A program made the position numbers and the translations under genes. 42,589 bases of DNA, from NCBI GenBank assembly GCA_045863335.1, contig BTVY01000053.1, forward strand, positions 1 to 42,589. The letters are read 5' to 3'. This document shows positions 1 through 9,093 of this stretch, piece after piece; the stretch's first letter is position 1; the number at the start of each line of letters is the position of its first letter. This DNA comes from Candidatus Hydrogenedentota bacterium (lineage in GTDB: Bacteria > Hydrogenedentota > Hydrogenedentia > Hydrogenedentales > SLHB01). Below the pieces are notes generated by a model. It searched no databases, was not told the origin of the DNA, and worked only from the letters and a program-made list of their open reading frames with translations.

Positions 1-96
1 TAATATTTTTCCGCGAGTCCAGGGGTTGATCGCGCGGTACGATTGGCGGAAGATCTCCGCGGCGTCGTCTTGCCGAATTCTGAATTGGGGTAACAC

Positions 97-1473
97 GTGC
101 TTTTTCATACTTGGACCTTTGCGCTGTTCTTCGCAGTGGTGTACCCCATCCACCTCGTGCTTCGGCGCACGCGCTTTCAAAGCCACTGGTTGCTGGCGGC
201 ATCGTACGTCTTCTACGGCGCGTGGAATCCGCTCTACCTGCTGCTGATCGTCTACTCGACCCTGCTCGACTATGTCGTCGTGCTGATGATGGCGCGCAGC
301 CAGTGGCGCAAAACCTGGCTAGCCGTCAGTGTCGTGAACAACCTCGGCCTCCTCGGGTTTTTCAAATACGCCGTGTTTGTGACGGACAACCTGAACGCTC
401 TCATGACCGCAGCGGGATGGACCTACCAACTCCCCGCGCCCGGCGTGCTGCTACCGGTCGGCATCTCCTTCTACACCTTCCAGTCTATGAGCTATACCAT
501 CGACTTCTATCGTGGACAAATCGAAAAGGAACCGAACCTGATCCGGTTCGCCGCGTTTGTGGCGCTCTTTCCGCAGTTGGTGGCGGGCCCAATCGAACGC
601 GCATCCAATCTCTTGCCCCAGCTTAAGCGGGTCTCCCCCATCACGTCGCGTGCTGTCGCTGACGGCATGTCACTCTTCGTCGTCGGACTCTTCAAAAAGG
701 TTGCCATCGCTGACTATCTCGCCCTGTACGTGGACAAAGTCTACGCTACGCCCGAGCAGTATTCCGCCCCGGCGCTTATGCTGGCGACCATTGCCTTTGG
801 TTGGCAGATCTACTGCGACTTCAGCGGGTACACGGACATGGCGCGCGGCGTCGGGCGCATGATGGGCTTTCAATTCATGCTGAACTTCAACAATCCTTAC
901 CTCGCCACTGGCCTCGGGGATTTTTGGGAGCGCTGGCACATCAGCCTGTCCACCTGGTTTCGCGACTATGTGTATATTCCACTCGGTGGCAACCGGGGCG
1001 GGACATTTCGGACGTATGCGAACATGGCGATGACCATGTTGATTTCCGGGCTCTGGCACGGCGCCGCGTGGACTTTCGTGATCTGGGGCGTTATGCACGC
1101 GGTGGGCCGCGTCGCGACGCGGGAACTGGAACGCACACGGTTCTATCGCAACCGCGTACCGAAGTTTGCCAAGCAAATGCTCATCTTTGGGTTCGTGACC
1201 CTGACCTGGGTATTCTTCCGCGCGCAGGACCTGCCGCAGGCATGGACGATTCTTTCGCGAATGGTCACGGGCGGTTGGGCGAACCCGGAGTTTCCACTGC
1301 TGGCGTTGTTGCTTATCTTGGCGCTCTGGAGCTACCAGTTCGTGTACGAGTCGCGCGCGAAGCACATGCTCGATTGGGCACCGGTGCGGATCGCCGGCGT
1401 GGTGTTCATGCTGGCTTACGTCGCCCTGTTCGCGGCGTCCAGCGATCAGGCATTCATCTATTTTCAGTTTTAA
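97..1473 (+). CDS. MBOAT family O-acyltransferase (AlgI/DltB/PatA-like)
   Basis: Multi-TM protein with LPVGISFYTFQ, FPQLVAGPIER, QIYCDFSGYTD, FWERWHISLSTWFRDYVYIPLGG and catalytic SGLWHGA; C-terminal FIYFQF motif. Confidence 0.93.
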   Translation: MLFHTWTFALFFAVVYPIHLVLRRTRFQSHWLLAASYVFYGAWNPLYLLLIVYSTLLDYVVVLMMARSQWRKTWLAVSVVNNLGLLGFFKYAVFVTDNLNALMTAAGWTYQLPAPGVLLPVGISFYTFQSMSYTIDFYRGQIEKEPNLIRFAAFVALFPQLVAGPIERASNLLPQLKRVSPITSRAVADGMSLFVVGLFKKVAIADYLALYVDKVYATPEQYSAPALMLATIAFGWQIYCDFSGYTDMARGVGRMMGFQFMLNFNNPYLATGLGDFWERWHISLSTWFRDYVYIPLGGNRGGTFRTYANMAMTMLISGLWHGAAWTFVIWGVMHAVGRVATRELERTRFYRNRVPKFAKQMLIFGFVTLTWVFFRAQDLPQAWTILSRMVTGGWANPEFPLLALLLILALWSYQFVYESRAKHMLDWAPVRIAGVVFMLAYVALFAASSDQAFIYFQF

Positions 1474-1482
1474 AGCAAACCG

Positions 1483-2628
1483 ATGGCACAAATGGACCAC
1501 CAGATCAGTTCAAGTAAGAGCCCACGGAAACAAACAGATGATGCGCCGTTCGCATCCAACGCCTTACGGTTATCGATCCGGCAGTGGATTATCGCGATCG
1601 CGATCCTCGCGCTTGGCTACTTTCTCCTTCCGCGCGCATGGATGCAGGTCGAAGCATTTTCGCCGGATGCGGATTATCGGATTCCCTACGCATTGAGCAA
1701 CGACTACTGGCTCTACGAGCGTTACGCGAGTGAAGTGGCGAAAACGGATCAGATCCCCATCATTGGAGACTCCGTGGTTTGGGGGCAATACGTGGTCGGT
1801 AACGACACGCTGTCTCATTATCTCAACGCGTCTATTGGTAGTGAACGTTTTGCGAACCTCGGCGTAAACGGAAGCCATCCTGTGGCGCTCGCCGGGTTGG
1901 TGCGTCACTACGGCGAAGCGATCCGTGATCGAAAGGTTGTCCTGCACCTGAATCCGCTTTGGCTTAGTTCCCCGCGCCACGATCTCCGCGACGAACGCGC
2001 ACGGCGTTTCAACCACCCGGATCTGGTTCCTCAGTTCTATCCGGAGATCCCAAGTTACAATGCGTCCTTCGCGGATCGGCTTGCCGTGGTTGTGGACCGC
2101 GAATCGTCGTTCCTTTCGTGGACGGCCCACCTGCGGATCGCCTACTACGGCAACCAAGCGGTCCCCGTGTGGACCATGGAGTCGCCCTACGCGAATCCGC
2201 TGGCGCCCTTGACCGGAGATGTACCCGCCGACGGCGACAGCCCGCCAAGCGACCCGGTTCCCTGGGAGGAGCGCGATCTTCGGCTTCAGGATTTCGACTG
2301 GGTTGGGCTAGACGAATCCCTGCAGTGGCGATTCTTCCGCGAAACGGTGGAAACGCTCCAGCGCCGAGGGAACGAGGTATTCGTCATCCTCGGACCCTTC
2401 AACGAGCACATGTTGACGCCAGAAAGCCAGCGCACGTACCGGGAGTTGCGGTCCGGAATGGTCGCGTGGTTCGATTCGCGCGGTCTGCCTTACGCCGCGC
2501 CCGAGCCGCTGCCGAGCGAACTGTACGCCGACGCCAGCCACCCTATCGCGGTGGGGTACGAACGCTTTGCCCAGCAATTGCTCGCGAATCAACCCTTCTA
2601 CTCATTTCTCGAAGCGGTTGACAGATAA
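1483..2628 (+). CDS. Membrane-anchored SGNH-type O-acyltransferase partner (AlgJ/DltD/PatB-like)
   Basis: N-terminal TM helix, GDS block I (IIGDSVVWG), DxxH block V (DASHP); starts 9 nt after the MBOAT gene. Confidence 0.75.
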   Translation: MAQMDHQISSSKSPRKQTDDAPFASNALRLSIRQWIIAIAILALGYFLLPRAWMQVEAFSPDADYRIPYALSNDYWLYERYASEVAKTDQIPIIGDSVVWGQYVVGNDTLSHYLNASIGSERFANLGVNGSHPVALAGLVRHYGEAIRDRKVVLHLNPLWLSSPRHDLRDERARRFNHPDLVPQFYPEIPSYNASFADRLAVVVDRESSFLSWTAHLRIAYYGNQAVPVWTMESPYANPLAPLTGDVPADGDSPPSDPVPWEERDLRLQDFDWVGLDESLQWRFFRETVETLQRRGNEVFVILGPFNEHMLTPESQRTYRELRSGMVAWFDSRGLPYAAPEPLPSELYADASHPIAVGYERFAQQLLANQPFYSFLEAVDR

Positions 2629-2781
2629 ATTCCACTCGACCATACTCTTGTTGGCGGCAGTCCAGGGGTCGCTGCGGGGCCAATCAAGTATCCGGAACGC
2701 GGAAGTATTGTCATTACCGATGCATCCGCTGGCGGTCAGGAGTCTGTCCACCGCGTGACACACTGAGGGGTGGGATCGCGC

Positions 2782-5700
2782 ATGAAGAAGATATTCATCT
2801 CCTATCGGCGAGACGACGCGACGAGCGTTGCGCACATGATCCATGAGTTCATCGCCCGGCGCTTCCGAACGGAGAATGTCTTCTTCGATCTCACCGGCAT
2901 CAAGCCCGGGGATAACTGGCGAGACAGGATCACCGACGCCCTGGAAGAGTGTGGCGTATTTGTCGAGATCATCGGCTCTCAATGGCTCGAGCCCCGAGAT
3001 CAGAAGACAGGCCACCGAGTCCGCCGGCTCGACAACCCTCACGACGTCCTCCGCTTCGAGATTGAGACGGCAATTGCCAAGAGCATCCCCATCATACCTG
3101 TGCTGGTTGACCGCGCGGAGTTTCCCGGAGAAGACGAGGTGCCCGCCTCGATACGCCCGCTATTTAAGGCGCAAGCGCATATTCTCAATCCCGAGCAAGG
3201 TGAATATGAAACCCGAATCGAAAAACTCCTGGTCCGGATAGAGGAATTCGTGGCTCTTGCCCCACACGAGGAACCCCAACGCAGCTTCGACGACCGCATC
3301 GAAACCATTGCCGATTCTCTCCCCACGCCATTGGCGAAGATTGCGGAGTGCGCCTGGTTAGAGCCTGACCGGCGGACGATCCATCTCAATCGCCTGTTCA
3401 TGGAAGGACTTCGTCTACTCTCCCTGGTGGCATTGCACGACACGATCGCCAGCGGATGCTTTGGAAGCGGCCAAGCGAACCCCAACGCGTCACTCCACCT
3501 TATATCGCGGGATATGACGCTGAATGATTGGTACACGATTCTACGCAATTCGATTCAGGACAAACGCGCCGACACGGTCACACTTATCGCACCCGAGATT
3601 CAGGATTGGGCTGAAAATTCCGAAATCGCCGCGCTGATCGAAGATATGCTCAAACCGCGCGGCGCGTGGCGGTATGACGACGAGCCCGGCCGCTATACGA
3701 GCATGGAATCGCCCCGGGTTCTGGAAAGCAATATCCTCAAGCTGTTCGGAGATTTTCTGTTCTTCAAACGATACATTTTCGTTTCTGTGACCAGCCCTCC
3801 GAGCAGCATGGACAATACCTTCTCTTGCCGGATCCTGAGAGGGTTTGACCTCACGAACAAGGAGGTTAGTCTGGTCGTTTCCGATGAAGCAGACTGGAAT
3901 CCCCGGGCCCAGGAACTGTATCTGCTGGACATCGACGAACGGCAATGCCTATCCCTGGAACCCGCCCTCTGGTTCGGACTTGGCTATGAATCGGATCAGG
4001 TCGGCGGACTCTGCAAATTGCACTTGGAAGAAGGTGAAGCGCACATCCTCCACGTGGAGGCGTTTCGTTCGCACGACAGACTGCTCTTGCTTGATTCTCA
4101 GTGGCAGCAACGTGTCGGCAATGCGGCGGTCCCGAGGTTGCCCGGCAATCCGCCGATGATCTGTCGACCGGCCAATCTGGGCAAAGCACTCAGTGGCTGG
4201 CTTGGGTCCGATCGGGTCGCGGAGGCGTGGGGGATTCACGCGGCGGGCCGCAAAAAAGTCGCGATTATCGAAGATGCTTTCGATGAAACGGCCTGGCAGC
4301 AACTCAAGGCGATTGCAAATCCGCCACGGAACCTCGATAGCATCGCCGATAAGTTCCGCTTGGAGAACCCTCCTTTCCGGGTTGGAGAACTGGTTGACAT
4401 TTACCGTGGCGTGGAGAAAGGGCAGGAATCGATTTCCAGCCTCGCGTTTCACATCCTGCGGCCCGAAGTGCAGGACGATAAAGAGGTCACGCGGTGGTTT
4501 GTCGATCGGTACAACAACTGGCGACGTGTTTCCCACAAGAGCGTCAACAGTCCATACGCGGCAAGCGCGGTGGATGACCGTGACACTCCGCCGTTTATCA
4601 TTACGGAATTCGTCGTCGGCGGTCGATCGTTGGAAACGCGTATCCAGCGGGAAGGCGAGGTCGACCGGGAATGCCTTATTCGCGTCATACGGGAAGCCAT
4701 TCGATTGTGCACGGCCGCCCACCGCAATGATGTCTACATGCTGACGCTCCCCCCCCGCCATTTTCTAATTGACGACCGAGGTGACTATCGGATCACCGGA
4801 TTCGAAACGGCCGTGTCGGGCGATGCGGATCTGCGCGCGATCGACTGGGACCGGTTCAGTAAGGACTCACGACGAATGGCCCCCGAAATCGACCGCGGGG
4901 CGACGCGTCCAACGGTCGCGATGGACGTATTCGCCATCGGGGTGCTGCTGCAACAGCTCCGCGATCGATCCCCAAAGGCGATTCCATTTCCGGCGCCGGA
5001 AGACTCGGCCGAGCTGCTGGACGTGCTCGCATTTCACTGTCTCGCAACGGACGTTAACCTTCGGTTCCGCTCGATGGAACAAATTGAACGATTCGTATCG
5101 GAGTACCTGTGCGACGGGGCAACCAACGTTCCGCGAACCGTCGAAGTTCCAGCCGGACCTATTCGCGCGAACGGAAATGACCACTCCGAAGCGACGGTTG
5201 CTGGCTTCAGAATGGGCGCGTATCCCGTCACCAACTTCGAATACCAGCACTTCTGGATGACCACCGGCCATCGGCCTCCCTGCAGTGGCGATAACTTCCG
5301 TCTCCGTGGTCCGTGGTGCCCCGTTATCGGTGTTGACTTCGCCGATGCCCAGGCCTACTGCCAGTGGCTTTCAGATAGAACGTCTCTACGCTGGCGATTG
5401 CCGTCGGAGGCGGAATGGGTTCGAGCCGCGGTTCTGGACGGAGTTTCCGACTATCCCTGGGGCAACGAGGACCCGTTGAATCCGGCTGGCAAGTCCGAAG
5501 GGGCAATTGCGGACCCGATCGTTGCCGAACCCCGAGCCAATTTTGGATCGCGTTTCCGGGGCCCCACCCCGGTCGGCTCGTTTGTCTCCGGCAAATCCGC
5601 CGGAGGTTGTTATGACATGGGCGGCAACGTTTGGGAATGGTCCACCAATTGTCTCAGGGACGGCGCGCCATTCCGTGTGATCAAGGGCGGCGCTTATGGG

Positions 5701-5802
5701 TTTGGCAAGGAGAGTCTGACGGTGCGAGCGAGGAACCGGGCGCTCGCTGCGAATCGTTCGGGGCATTTGGGATTCAGAGTACTGTGCGAGGGGACGGATT
5801 AA
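2782..5802 (+). CDS. Multidomain protein: TIR + helical region + pseudokinase + FGE-sulfatase (SUMF1/FGS) domain
   Basis: TIR: IFISYRRDD...VFFD...PGDNW...RFEIETA. Kinase-fold remnants: FIITEFV, RMAPE, MDVFAIG. FGS: YPVTNFEY, AQAYCQWL, RLPSEAEW, YPWG, GCYDMGGNVWEW, RVIKGG, GFRV. ATG at 2782 preferred over GTG at 2770. Confidence 0.88.
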   Translation: MKKIFISYRRDDATSVAHMIHEFIARRFRTENVFFDLTGIKPGDNWRDRITDALEECGVFVEIIGSQWLEPRDQKTGHRVRRLDNPHDVLRFEIETAIAKSIPIIPVLVDRAEFPGEDEVPASIRPLFKAQAHILNPEQGEYETRIEKLLVRIEEFVALAPHEEPQRSFDDRIETIADSLPTPLAKIAECAWLEPDRRTIHLNRLFMEGLRLLSLVALHDTIASGCFGSGQANPNASLHLISRDMTLNDWYTILRNSIQDKRADTVTLIAPEIQDWAENSEIAALIEDMLKPRGAWRYDDEPGRYTSMESPRVLESNILKLFGDFLFFKRYIFVSVTSPPSSMDNTFSCRILRGFDLTNKEVSLVVSDEADWNPRAQELYLLDIDERQCLSLEPALWFGLGYESDQVGGLCKLHLEEGEAHILHVEAFRSHDRLLLLDSQWQQRVGNAAVPRLPGNPPMICRPANLGKALSGWLGSDRVAEAWGIHAAGRKKVAIIEDAFDETAWQQLKAIANPPRNLDSIADKFRLENPPFRVGELVDIYRGVEKGQESISSLAFHILRPEVQDDKEVTRWFVDRYNNWRRVSHKSVNSPYAASAVDDRDTPPFIITEFVVGGRSLETRIQREGEVDRECLIRVIREAIRLCTAAHRNDVYMLTLPPRHFLIDDRGDYRITGFETAVSGDADLRAIDWDRFSKDSRRMAPEIDRGATRPTVAMDVFAIGVLLQQLRDRSPKAIPFPAPEDSAELLDVLAFHCLATDVNLRFRSMEQIERFVSEYLCDGATNVPRTVEVPAGPIRANGNDHSEATVAGFRMGAYPVTNFEYQHFWMTTGHRPPCSGDNFRLRGPWCPVIGVDFADAQAYCQWLSDRTSLRWRLPSEAEWVRAAVLDGVSDYPWGNEDPLNPAGKSEGAIADPIVAEPRANFGSRFRGPTPVGSFVSGKSAGGCYDMGGNVWEWSTNCLRDGAPFRVIKGGAYGFGKESLTVRARNRALAANRSGHLGFRVLCEGTD

Positions 5803-5804
5803 CG

Positions 5805-6758
5805 ATGAACACGACGGAATCGATGCAGAAGTTCAGCCAGAAAACGGACGTAATCGGCGAGAAGCTCGTATACGTGAGCCAACCGTATTACGCACCCGAG
5901 TCGCCCTTCGAGGGACGCACGGAAGAGTTGAACCTCATCACGGCGGCCTGGATGAGGCGCAAGGGCCGTCCCCCGCTTTCGCCGCTTCTGCTGGGCGAAC
6001 CGGGCGTAGGCAAGAACCGGCTCGTGTACGAACTCGCGCGACGGACCGGCAAAGACCTCTACATCTTTCAGGGCCACGAAGACGTGACGGCCGAGGACCT
6101 TGCCTGCGCCGTGCGGTTCAGCGACGACGCGACGCGCAAGATGGACTACGTGGTTTCGCCGCTCGTGACCGCCATGCGTACCGGCGCCATCTATTTCATT
6201 GACGAAATCGCCAAAATCCGGCCGCGGGCTCTGGCGCTTCTGGTAAGTGTTCTCGATGAACGACAATATATCGATTCTACGCTTTTGGGTGAACGGGTCT
6301 ACGCCCACCCCGGATTCCGGTTTATCGCGGCTACCAACACCGCGGACCTCGAAGGACAAAGTATGCCGGAGTTCATCCGGTCCCGGCTGCGGCCAATTAT
6401 CAAGGTAGGGTATCCGCCCCGGGACGAAGTAAACCGGATTCTGAAAGCGCAGCACGCGCGGCTCCAAACGGATGGCGACCATTTACTCGATTATTTCTGG
6501 GTGTTGTGGGAACGTAGTGGCATGACGAACCCGCCCACGCCACGTGACGCTATCTATACTTTCGATCTCGCGCTCAGCCTGGCGGATTTCAACGCCATGG
6601 GACTGCGCGAAGCCATAATGCATCCCGGCGCCGACCACATTCGCCTTGAGAGCGCGGTTACGAGCGATGGCCTGGCCAAGGAACATGTCGAACAGGCATT
6701 CAACGAGCTGTTCCGCCGCAGCGATGGCGCGCAAGAAACTGCCGATACCCATGGTTGA
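5805..6758 (+). CDS. MoxR/CbbQ/NorQ-like AAA+ ATPase (AAA_5)
   Basis: Walker A GEPGVGKN, Walker B YFIDEI, HPGFRFIAATN sensor-1, SR arginine finger; ATG 2 nt after the upstream stop. Confidence 0.9.
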   Translation: MNTTESMQKFSQKTDVIGEKLVYVSQPYYAPESPFEGRTEELNLITAAWMRRKGRPPLSPLLLGEPGVGKNRLVYELARRTGKDLYIFQGHEDVTAEDLACAVRFSDDATRKMDYVVSPLVTAMRTGAIYFIDEIAKIRPRALALLVSVLDERQYIDSTLLGERVYAHPGFRFIAATNTADLEGQSMPEFIRSRLRPIIKVGYPPRDEVNRILKAQHARLQTDGDHLLDYFWVLWERSGMTNPPTPRDAIYTFDLALSLADFNAMGLREAIMHPGADHIRLESAVTSDGLAKEHVEQAFNELFRRSDGAQETADTHG

Positions 6759-9093
6759 TTCGCTCAACGCGTTGCGAATGCTCGTTGGGGAAAGCGAGCT
6801 GCTGGCGGTGCCGTCGGTACATTTCCGTACGGCATTCGCCGAACATGTAAACCGCGCTTGCGCCACGCAGAACGTCGACGCCGTCGCCATCGAACTCGGC
6901 CCTGGAACAGCGTATGCCCTCGAGGGCGCATTGAAAGATCTCGGAGTTGCCCCCCGCCGCCGAATCGAATTACCCGTTATGCTGGGGCTGGCCCGGCGCA
7001 ACGTTCGGATCAGACCCTCCGCGCAGAAAGCCGCCCGGCTACTTCAGGAAACGACCGGAAGGGAGCTTCACGAACTTGAGCCCTCTATCCTGAAGGAGGT
7101 TCTCGGGTACTCCTCCATGTCCGTTCTATTTCTCTCGGCGACGGATTCGATCATCGAGGGCGCCCGATGCTCGCTTGAACTGGGCGTGCCGCTCTACGGC
7201 GTTGATCTCGATGACACCGCCCCGCGTATTCCCGGTGAAACGAACATACAGGATCCCGCCCGCGCCAGCGGGAATCTGCCCCCCTTCGTGGCGCGAAACG
7301 CAAGCTTCAGCGAGCGCCAGCGCGACGATGAAATCGATACCCGCCGGGAGATCGCGATGGCGGCCCGGCTCAAGACGATTTTAAGCCGGCACAAACGGGT
7401 TCTGTTCGTGTGCGGTCTGGCGCATTGGATTCGGATCAAGCGCCTCTTGGCAGACGACGCGGTTCGCCCGGCTCCCTTGCCGGAGCCCTCGCATCAGGCC
7501 CTCGACTTTCAACAGGTTCTGGTTCACCCACTCGTGGCCATCCGGTATCTCGACATCTTCCCCGAGTGTGTCGCCCAGTACGAGAAGTCCCGCACCACGG
7601 CGGACAACCCGCTGACGAGCACCCATGAACCATTGGATCTTCATCAGATTTTCATGGCCAAGATGCGCGACGCCTACCGCGCCTACTTCCGAGACGAAGA
7701 TTCCGGCGATCAACTGCATCGCATAGCGGAGGATGTCGAAGCCTGCGGCGACTTCCGGGGGCTGCTGGAAAACCTTACAATCCTGAAGCAGATCGAGACC
7801 CCGGATTTATTCACCATCATGTCTGCCGCTCAGACCGTCATGAGTGAATCCTTCTGCGAGACCCTTGCCGACACGTTCCTCACCTTTATCAAATGGGCGA
7901 CTCCCAAGGACTATCCGTCCACGCCCATTCTGGCGCCCGTTCCAAACCAGCCCCACGACACCGATATGCGCGTCGTGATTATTGATGAGGAGGGCAACCG
8001 GAGCGGGTATTTCTACCTGAATGCGAAACCCGGTCCTTCGTCGTTCAAAGTTCAGGTAAAGATTCCATGGGACTGGGACGCCGAGCCGGAATCGCAAGCA
8101 CGCGAGGCACGCGACGGCGGGAAGAGCAACTGGTATCCGAAAGTGGATATGAGCGTGGCGCTGCACCTGCGTGCCGTCGAAGTTGCCCGGCAGAACGAGA
8201 AGAAGCCTGCGAGCATCCCCTTCGAGGGCAGCCTCATGGAGGGTATTGATGTGCGGGCGACCATCCGGGCGCACAGCACCGGTCTGGAGCAAGTGTACGT
8301 GCGGGAATCGCCCCGTGTCGTCTCTTCGGGGCCAACAACCGAGTTGGACGGATTTCCCGTCGTGATGTTGTCCAGTCTTGAAGACCCGCCGGGCGCTCGG
8401 TGGGGGTTCTACGGCGATTCACTGTCGAGCTACAACAAATACGTACGCGATCAGGAACGGCTCGAACGGGCAAAACGGGAGATGGGACGCAGCCTGCTCA
8501 CCGACATTGCGTACACGAAAAAGCCAGAGCGTTCGGACTTGTCCACGAAGGACTGCGAGGTGGAATCCATTTCCCTTCTCGGTAAAGTTGCCTTTCATCC
8601 CGGGTGTTTCACCATACGGCAGACGGCCTGGTGGGCGGAAGACAGCGATTACCGGCGAAACCCCATTCTGAATTACAGCTCCTTAGGCGGGCAAATGCCG
8701 GAGGACATGAAAGAGTACTACCGAAAGAAGGGCATCGAGCTTAGCGGGCAGCCCTGGCACACCGCCATGCTATTGACCGCGGTCCCCTTCGCCAAAACGA
8801 GTATGACGGTCGTAGCTCCGGACGGCTACTCGATCCCGTCGATTGTGTACCGCGAAGCCACACGCCGCAAGGCGGTAATCCGCGCCGTGCCCTTGTCCTA
8901 TTTTTCGCGCGAGGCCTTGCGCGAAATTTCCTCGCTGTTGCGCGTACCGACTGTGGGCCGAACGAAAGAAGACGACCTGCCGATATACCCCGCGCACATC
9001 ATCCGCAAATTGGGCGATCCGTATGTGAACCGGCACCTCGTGCCCGAGTGGGCGCGCAACTATGGAGTGAAGGAGCACGCGCTCCATGACTGA
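6751..9093 (+). CDS. Large protein with N-terminal TraB/TIKI/DUF5682(YehM)-like domain and uncharacterised C-terminus
   Basis: VPSVH, DAVAIELG, VPLYGVDL, RREIAMAARL and VLFVCGLAHW motifs; later EGIDVRATIRAH. Start overlaps the MoxR stop by 8 nt (alternative ATG at 6724). Confidence 0.7.
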   Translation: MVDSLNALRMLVGESELLAVPSVHFRTAFAEHVNRACATQNVDAVAIELGPGTAYALEGALKDLGVAPRRRIELPVMLGLARRNVRIRPSAQKAARLLQETTGRELHELEPSILKEVLGYSSMSVLFLSATDSIIEGARCSLELGVPLYGVDLDDTAPRIPGETNIQDPARASGNLPPFVARNASFSERQRDDEIDTRREIAMAARLKTILSRHKRVLFVCGLAHWIRIKRLLADDAVRPAPLPEPSHQALDFQQVLVHPLVAIRYLDIFPECVAQYEKSRTTADNPLTSTHEPLDLHQIFMAKMRDAYRAYFRDEDSGDQLHRIAEDVEACGDFRGLLENLTILKQIETPDLFTIMSAAQTVMSESFCETLADTFLTFIKWATPKDYPSTPILAPVPNQPHDTDMRVVIIDEEGNRSGYFYLNAKPGPSSFKVQVKIPWDWDAEPESQAREARDGGKSNWYPKVDMSVALHLRAVEVARQNEKKPASIPFEGSLMEGIDVRATIRAHSTGLEQVYVRESPRVVSSGPTTELDGFPVVMLSSLEDPPGARWGFYGDSLSSYNKYVRDQERLERAKREMGRSLLTDIAYTKKPERSDLSTKDCEVESISLLGKVAFHPGCFTIRQTAWWAEDSDYRRNPILNYSSLGGQMPEDMKEYYRKKGIELSGQPWHTAMLLTAVPFAKTSMTVVAPDGYSIPSIVYREATRRKAVIRAVPLSYFSREALREISSLLRVPTVGRTKEDDLPIYPAHIIRKLGDPYVNRHLVPEWARNYGVKEHALHD

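Noticed and set aside
17-2670. Shared AGTCCAGGGGT 11-mer before and after the MBOAT-SGNH pair
   Set aside because: Short, GC-rich and without mobility evidence; compatible with chance
4340-5110. Active Ser/Thr kinase call
   Set aside because: VAIK, HRD and DFG catalytic residues are absent; treated as a pseudokinase
5560-5802. FGS C-terminus as a diversity-generating retroelement target
   Set aside because: No reverse transcriptase and no template repeat seen in the window
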